Below are positions 60,714 to 64,000 of a stretch of DNA of 64,000 nt, one piece after another. The stretch comes from a candidate division WOR-3 bacterium (GTDB lineage: Bacteria > Hydrothermota > 32-111), in contig JBBFKX010000001.1 of assembly GCA_037481815.1 (NCBI GenBank), forward strand, positions 32,001-96,000, given 5' to 3'. The first letter of the stretch is position 1, and each line of letters begins with the position of its first letter. The notes under the pieces are model-generated. The model was not told the DNA's origin. It ran no database searches and was given only the letters and a program-made list of their open reading frames with translations. The position numbers were made by a program, and so were the translations under genes.

Positions 60714-61664
60714 ATGTACAATGAAAGTTTTGATAAATTAAATTATTCAGATATTTTTAAAAAATATCCATGGATTTTTGAGAATAACATGAAAGTTATA
60801 ATAAGCCCTGATGTTGATGGGATTTTATCTGGATTATTTATGTCAAATTACTTTAATTGGTTAATTGTAGGGTATTATGATGGAAAACAATTGGCCTTAA
60901 AAAAAGAAATAAATTTTAACGATTGTATTTTTCTTGATATGGAAATCTTTAGAAAAAATGTGAAAAGTTGTGGACATCATCTTGTATTATATAATAAAAA
61001 CAAAATTCCAAAAAACTGGGATAATTTTTCAAATTGTATTAATCCTAATATGCTTAGGAATTATGATGCAAATCAAAATTTTAAATATAAATATCCTTTT
61101 GCAATGATACATTTCCTTTTATCTGTGATTAGTTATAAAAAAAATATTTCTATTTCTGATTCAGCTATTTCACCATTATTATATGTTGATGGTACTTTTA
61201 AAAATTTATTAAATTATCCGGAAAATTGTATTAGTTGGTTAGAATTTTTAAATGCTAAAAATGCTAGTAGCCCTATTAATTCAATATACTGTATTTTCGC
61301 AAGAAGACGAATAAGTAATATTATACATGATTTAGAAAGAATATTTGAGAATTTTAAAATTATTGGAGGGAATAAAAGGAAATCTGATAAAATTGATATT
61401 TCTTTAATAAAAACATCAACAAAAGAATTCCCCTCCGAATATATCCAACAAATCAATAAGTTAATAACTTTTTTAAGTGAAAATACTCGATGGGAATTTG
61501 ATAAAGAAAAATGGACTTTTAAGGAACTAGAAATTATAAAGTTTGAGAAACAGATAAATCAAAAATTAAATAATAAGATTTACAATAATATAATTGATCA
61601 ACAACCACTTTCATTAGCAATTACTGCAACAAAAAGAATTGAATATACAATTATAAAGAGTTAA
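60714..61664 (+). CDS. Uncharacterised protein with DHH-phosphoesterase-like motifs
   Basis: ISPDVDG (DxDG), CIFLD, GHH, INPN, YVDG in DHH-superfamily order; ATG 60714 after AGGAGG; very AT-rich. Confidence 0.55.
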   Translation: MYNESFDKLNYSDIFKKYPWIFENNMKVIISPDVDGILSGLFMSNYFNWLIVGYYDGKQLALKKEINFNDCIFLDMEIFRKNVKSCGHHLVLYNKNKIPKNWDNFSNCINPNMLRNYDANQNFKYKYPFAMIHFLLSVISYKKNISISDSAISPLLYVDGTFKNLLNYPENCISWLEFLNAKNASSPINSIYCIFARRRISNIIHDLERIFENFKIIGGNKRKSDKIDISLIKTSTKEFPSEYIQQINKLITFLSENTRWEFDKEKWTFKELEIIKFEKQINQKLNNKIYNNIIDQQPLSLAITATKRIEYTIIKS

Positions 61665-61678
61665 AAATTAAATTCAGT

Positions 61679-62485
61679 TCATTTAATGAAAAATAGTCCC
61701 ATTTCTTTTTCTATTCTTTTATATGCAAGATCACAATATTCTTTAGAAATTTCAAACCCTATAAATTTTCTACTTAATTTTAGTGCAGCAATTGCAGTTG
61801 TTCCACTTCCTATAAATGGATCCAGAACTATTCCCCCTTCAGGGCAAAAACACTGAATTAAATCAAAAGGCAACTTATCTGGAAATGTGGCCGGATGTAA
61901 ATGTTTTAATTTATCTCCATCACCACAAGTTAAATATTCCCATACAGTTCCTCTACATTTCATTTGATTAATTTTTATTTTTCTTGATTTTAATGTCTTT
62001 CCATTAGTGCATCTCGTTGCTCCTCCTGTCATTGTCACTCCAGCCCACTTTGATGGAATTTTTAGTGGTTCCTTATTGAAATACTGAGGTCTTTCTCCTT
62101 TTAAAAATATTGGCATATATTCATGATCAACTCTAAATCTTTGTTTCCACCAAGCCCCTTCTGCTCCATGTTTCCTATAAATTAGGCATTCAAACAACTT
62201 GAAGCCAGCATTATCACACCAATCAATAATTGTTCTAAATGATGTCAATGTTTTACCAAAATTTTTTGTTTGGTCCTGAATAACCATTGCAGCTATTCCG
62301 CCCTTTTTAAGAATTCTAAAAATTTCTTTTCCTACAAGAGAAAGATTTACATTAAAGCCATGATATTCTCTTATATTGTCATAAGGGGGTGAAGTTACCA
62401 CCATATCAATTGACTCTGAAGGTAATTGTTTCATTCCTTCAATACAATCTATATTGACAATTTTGTTTAAAAATTTTTCTACCAT
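61679..62485 (-). CDS. Site-specific DNA methyltransferase, beta class (N4-cytosine/N6-adenine)
   Basis: DCIEGMKQL...IDMVVTSPPY near the N-terminus; HPATFP and VLDPFIGSGTT near the C-terminus. Confidence 0.92.
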   Translation of the reverse strand: MVEKFLNKIVNIDCIEGMKQLPSESIDMVVTSPPYDNIREYHGFNVNLSLVGKEIFRILKKGGIAAMVIQDQTKNFGKTLTSFRTIIDWCDNAGFKLFECLIYRKHGAEGAWWKQRFRVDHEYMPIFLKGERPQYFNKEPLKIPSKWAGVTMTGGATRCTNGKTLKSRKIKINQMKCRGTVWEYLTCGDGDKLKHLHPATFPDKLPFDLIQCFCPEGGIVLDPFIGSGTTAIAALKLSRKFIGFEISKEYCDLAYKRIEKEMGLFFIK

Positions 62486-62821
62486 AAAAACTTTATAGTT
62501 TTAATAGTTAATTATATAATTTTTAACAAAAAAATCAATTTACATTATCTTTGGAGTATAAAACTAAAATTTGTTGAATTTTAATTATTGATTTAAATCA
62601 AAAAAATTTTTATATTATATTTTCACCAGGAATGGTGTTTAACTTCTTGGCATTTTTGATTAAGAAGTAATTTAATAGATCAGTTTTTAAATAAGTATCA
62701 AAATAGGAAAAACACCAACACTCTTTCTATTAAAGCAAAAAATTAAAGATAATTTGGTATTGACAAAAAATTCTATTTTGATAAATTTTTTACATTAATT
62801 TATATAATTGGAGGGTTAAGT

Positions 62822-64000
62822 ATGAAAACAGAAACACATTCTGTACATGATGTTTTAGCAAAAAATGCAACTTCGTTTTTCATTCCCCCATTCCAAAGAG
62901 CATATGCATGGGGAAAACCTGAAATTGAGAGGTTCTTTCTTGATATATCCAAAATAATTGAATCAGAAATTAATACAAATGTACACGATAAATTAGAGCA
63001 TTTCTTTGGAACAATTGTAATAAAAGAAGAAATATCAGGATTTGCCAATAAATCTATAATAATTGATGGTCAACAAAGAATTACAACGACTCTAATTTTT
63101 TTAATTGCATTAAGAGATTTAGAATCAGATGAAGAGAAGAAAAAGTATATCACTAATACTTTTTTAATAAACAATTCTTCTTCTTTTCAAGATAAAATTA
63201 AACTCAAACAGGTAACAAAAGACTGGGATTCATATAAAGCTTTAATAAATGGAGAACAATCTCAACCTGGTGCCATAAAAAATGCTTATGATTTGTTAAA
63301 AAAACTGATAAAAGACAAAAAAAATATTAATCCTTCAGTAAATATTTATCATTATATAGTTGCTATTCAGAGATTAAATGTAGCAGTTATTTTTTTAGAT
63401 GAAAGGCCTTTTAAAGGTGAAGATCCACAAATCATTTTTGAAACTTTAAATTCATTAGGTAAACCACTCACGCTAGCAGATCTTATAAGAAACTATGTTT
63501 TGTTAAATATGAAAAGTGATCAACAAACTTCTGTCTATGAAAAAAAATGGTATCCACTTATAGAAAATATCCTTTTAGAACATACATCTGATTTTTTTAG
63601 AGATTATTTACAGTATAAAACAATAAGTTCTCTAAAAGTGGTAAACGAAAATAATACCAAGGAACTCTATCAGGAATTTAAAACTTTTGTTGAAGAAAAT
63701 TTTGAAAATAAAGATGAATTTATAGAGGATATCCTTAAATATGTGAAGTGCTATAAATGGATAATTAGTGAAATAAACGATGACTTTATAGCATCAAGCG
63801 GTTCAATCCAATATGATAAAGAAATAAAAGAGCTATTAAGAAATATTTTTCATGATATAAAAAGTGTAGCATTTAAACCATTCGTTTTAGGATTATTATA
63901 CTATCATCAGTATAGTGTGGATAACGTAAGACTAACTAATGAAACATTAATAAAAACTCTTAAAACGATAAGGACTTATTTAATAAGACGAAGAATCTTG
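62822..64000 (+). CDS. DUF262 (GmrSD-like, Type IV restriction) protein, partial, runs off window end
   Basis: Not in the ORF track because it has no stop in the window. Translation from ATG 62822 (GGAGG RBS): FFIPPFQRAYAW, HFFGTIV, IIDGQQRITT, IFETLNSLGKPL..DL.RN, the DUF262 signature motifs. Confidence 0.88.
   Translation, partial: MKTETHSVHDVLAKNATSFFIPPFQRAYAWGKPEIERFFLDISKIIESEINTNVHDKLEHFFGTIVIKEEISGFANKSIIIDGQQRITTTLIFLIALRDLESDEEKKKYITNTFLINNSSSFQDKIKLKQVTKDWDSYKALINGEQSQPGAIKNAYDLLKKLIKDKKNINPSVNIYHYIVAIQRLNVAVIFLDERPFKGEDPQIIFETLNSLGKPLTLADLIRNYVLLNMKSDQQTSVYEKKWYPLIENILLEHTSDFFRDYLQYKTISSLKVVNENNTKELYQEFKTFVEENFENKDEFIEDILKYVKCYKWIISEINDDFIASSGSIQYDKEIKELLRNIFHDIKSVAFKPFVLGLLYYHQYSVDNVRLTNETLIKTLKTIRTYLIRRRIL

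Noticed and set aside
1035..63048. The many short antisense or alternative-frame ORFs in the track (e.g. 29483-30130 +, 37045-37452 +, 55975-56337 -, 62800-63048 -)
   Set aside because: They overlap well-supported genes and have no RBS or recognisable motifs; they are shadow ORFs.

Overview
Low-GC (roughly 30%, estimated by eye) bacterial chromosome segment from a diderm organism: it has an Omp85 protein, lipoproteins and T9SS-like C-terminal sorting tails, and its style suggests an FCB-related candidate phylum such as WOR-3/TA06 (inference only). Most of the window is housekeeping (recG, msrBA, pheST, lepA-lepB-hemW, obgE-dprA-scpB-rluB, ugd, glnA, tRNA-Ile2(CAT), tRNA-Ser(GCT)). Three accessory blocks stand out. 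(1) A ~6.5 kb defence cassette in which a DarT/DarG toxin-antitoxin pair sits between the res and mod genes of a Type III R-M system (order res-darT-darG-mod). It is bracketed by inverted copies of a 24-bp GGGGACGGTGCTTGAC... repeat, which recurs at 45828. (2) Three large secreted proteins with T9SS-like tails; the first is frameshifted OFF by a C8 tract in its signal-peptide coding region, a likely phase-variation switch. (3) A defence island after tRNA-Ser containing a DHH-like unknown gene converging on an N4-C/N6-A methyltransferase, and a DUF262 (GmrSD-like) gene that runs off the window. Across the window, sigma70-like promoters show a consistent 16-bp spacer, and several genes appear leaderless.
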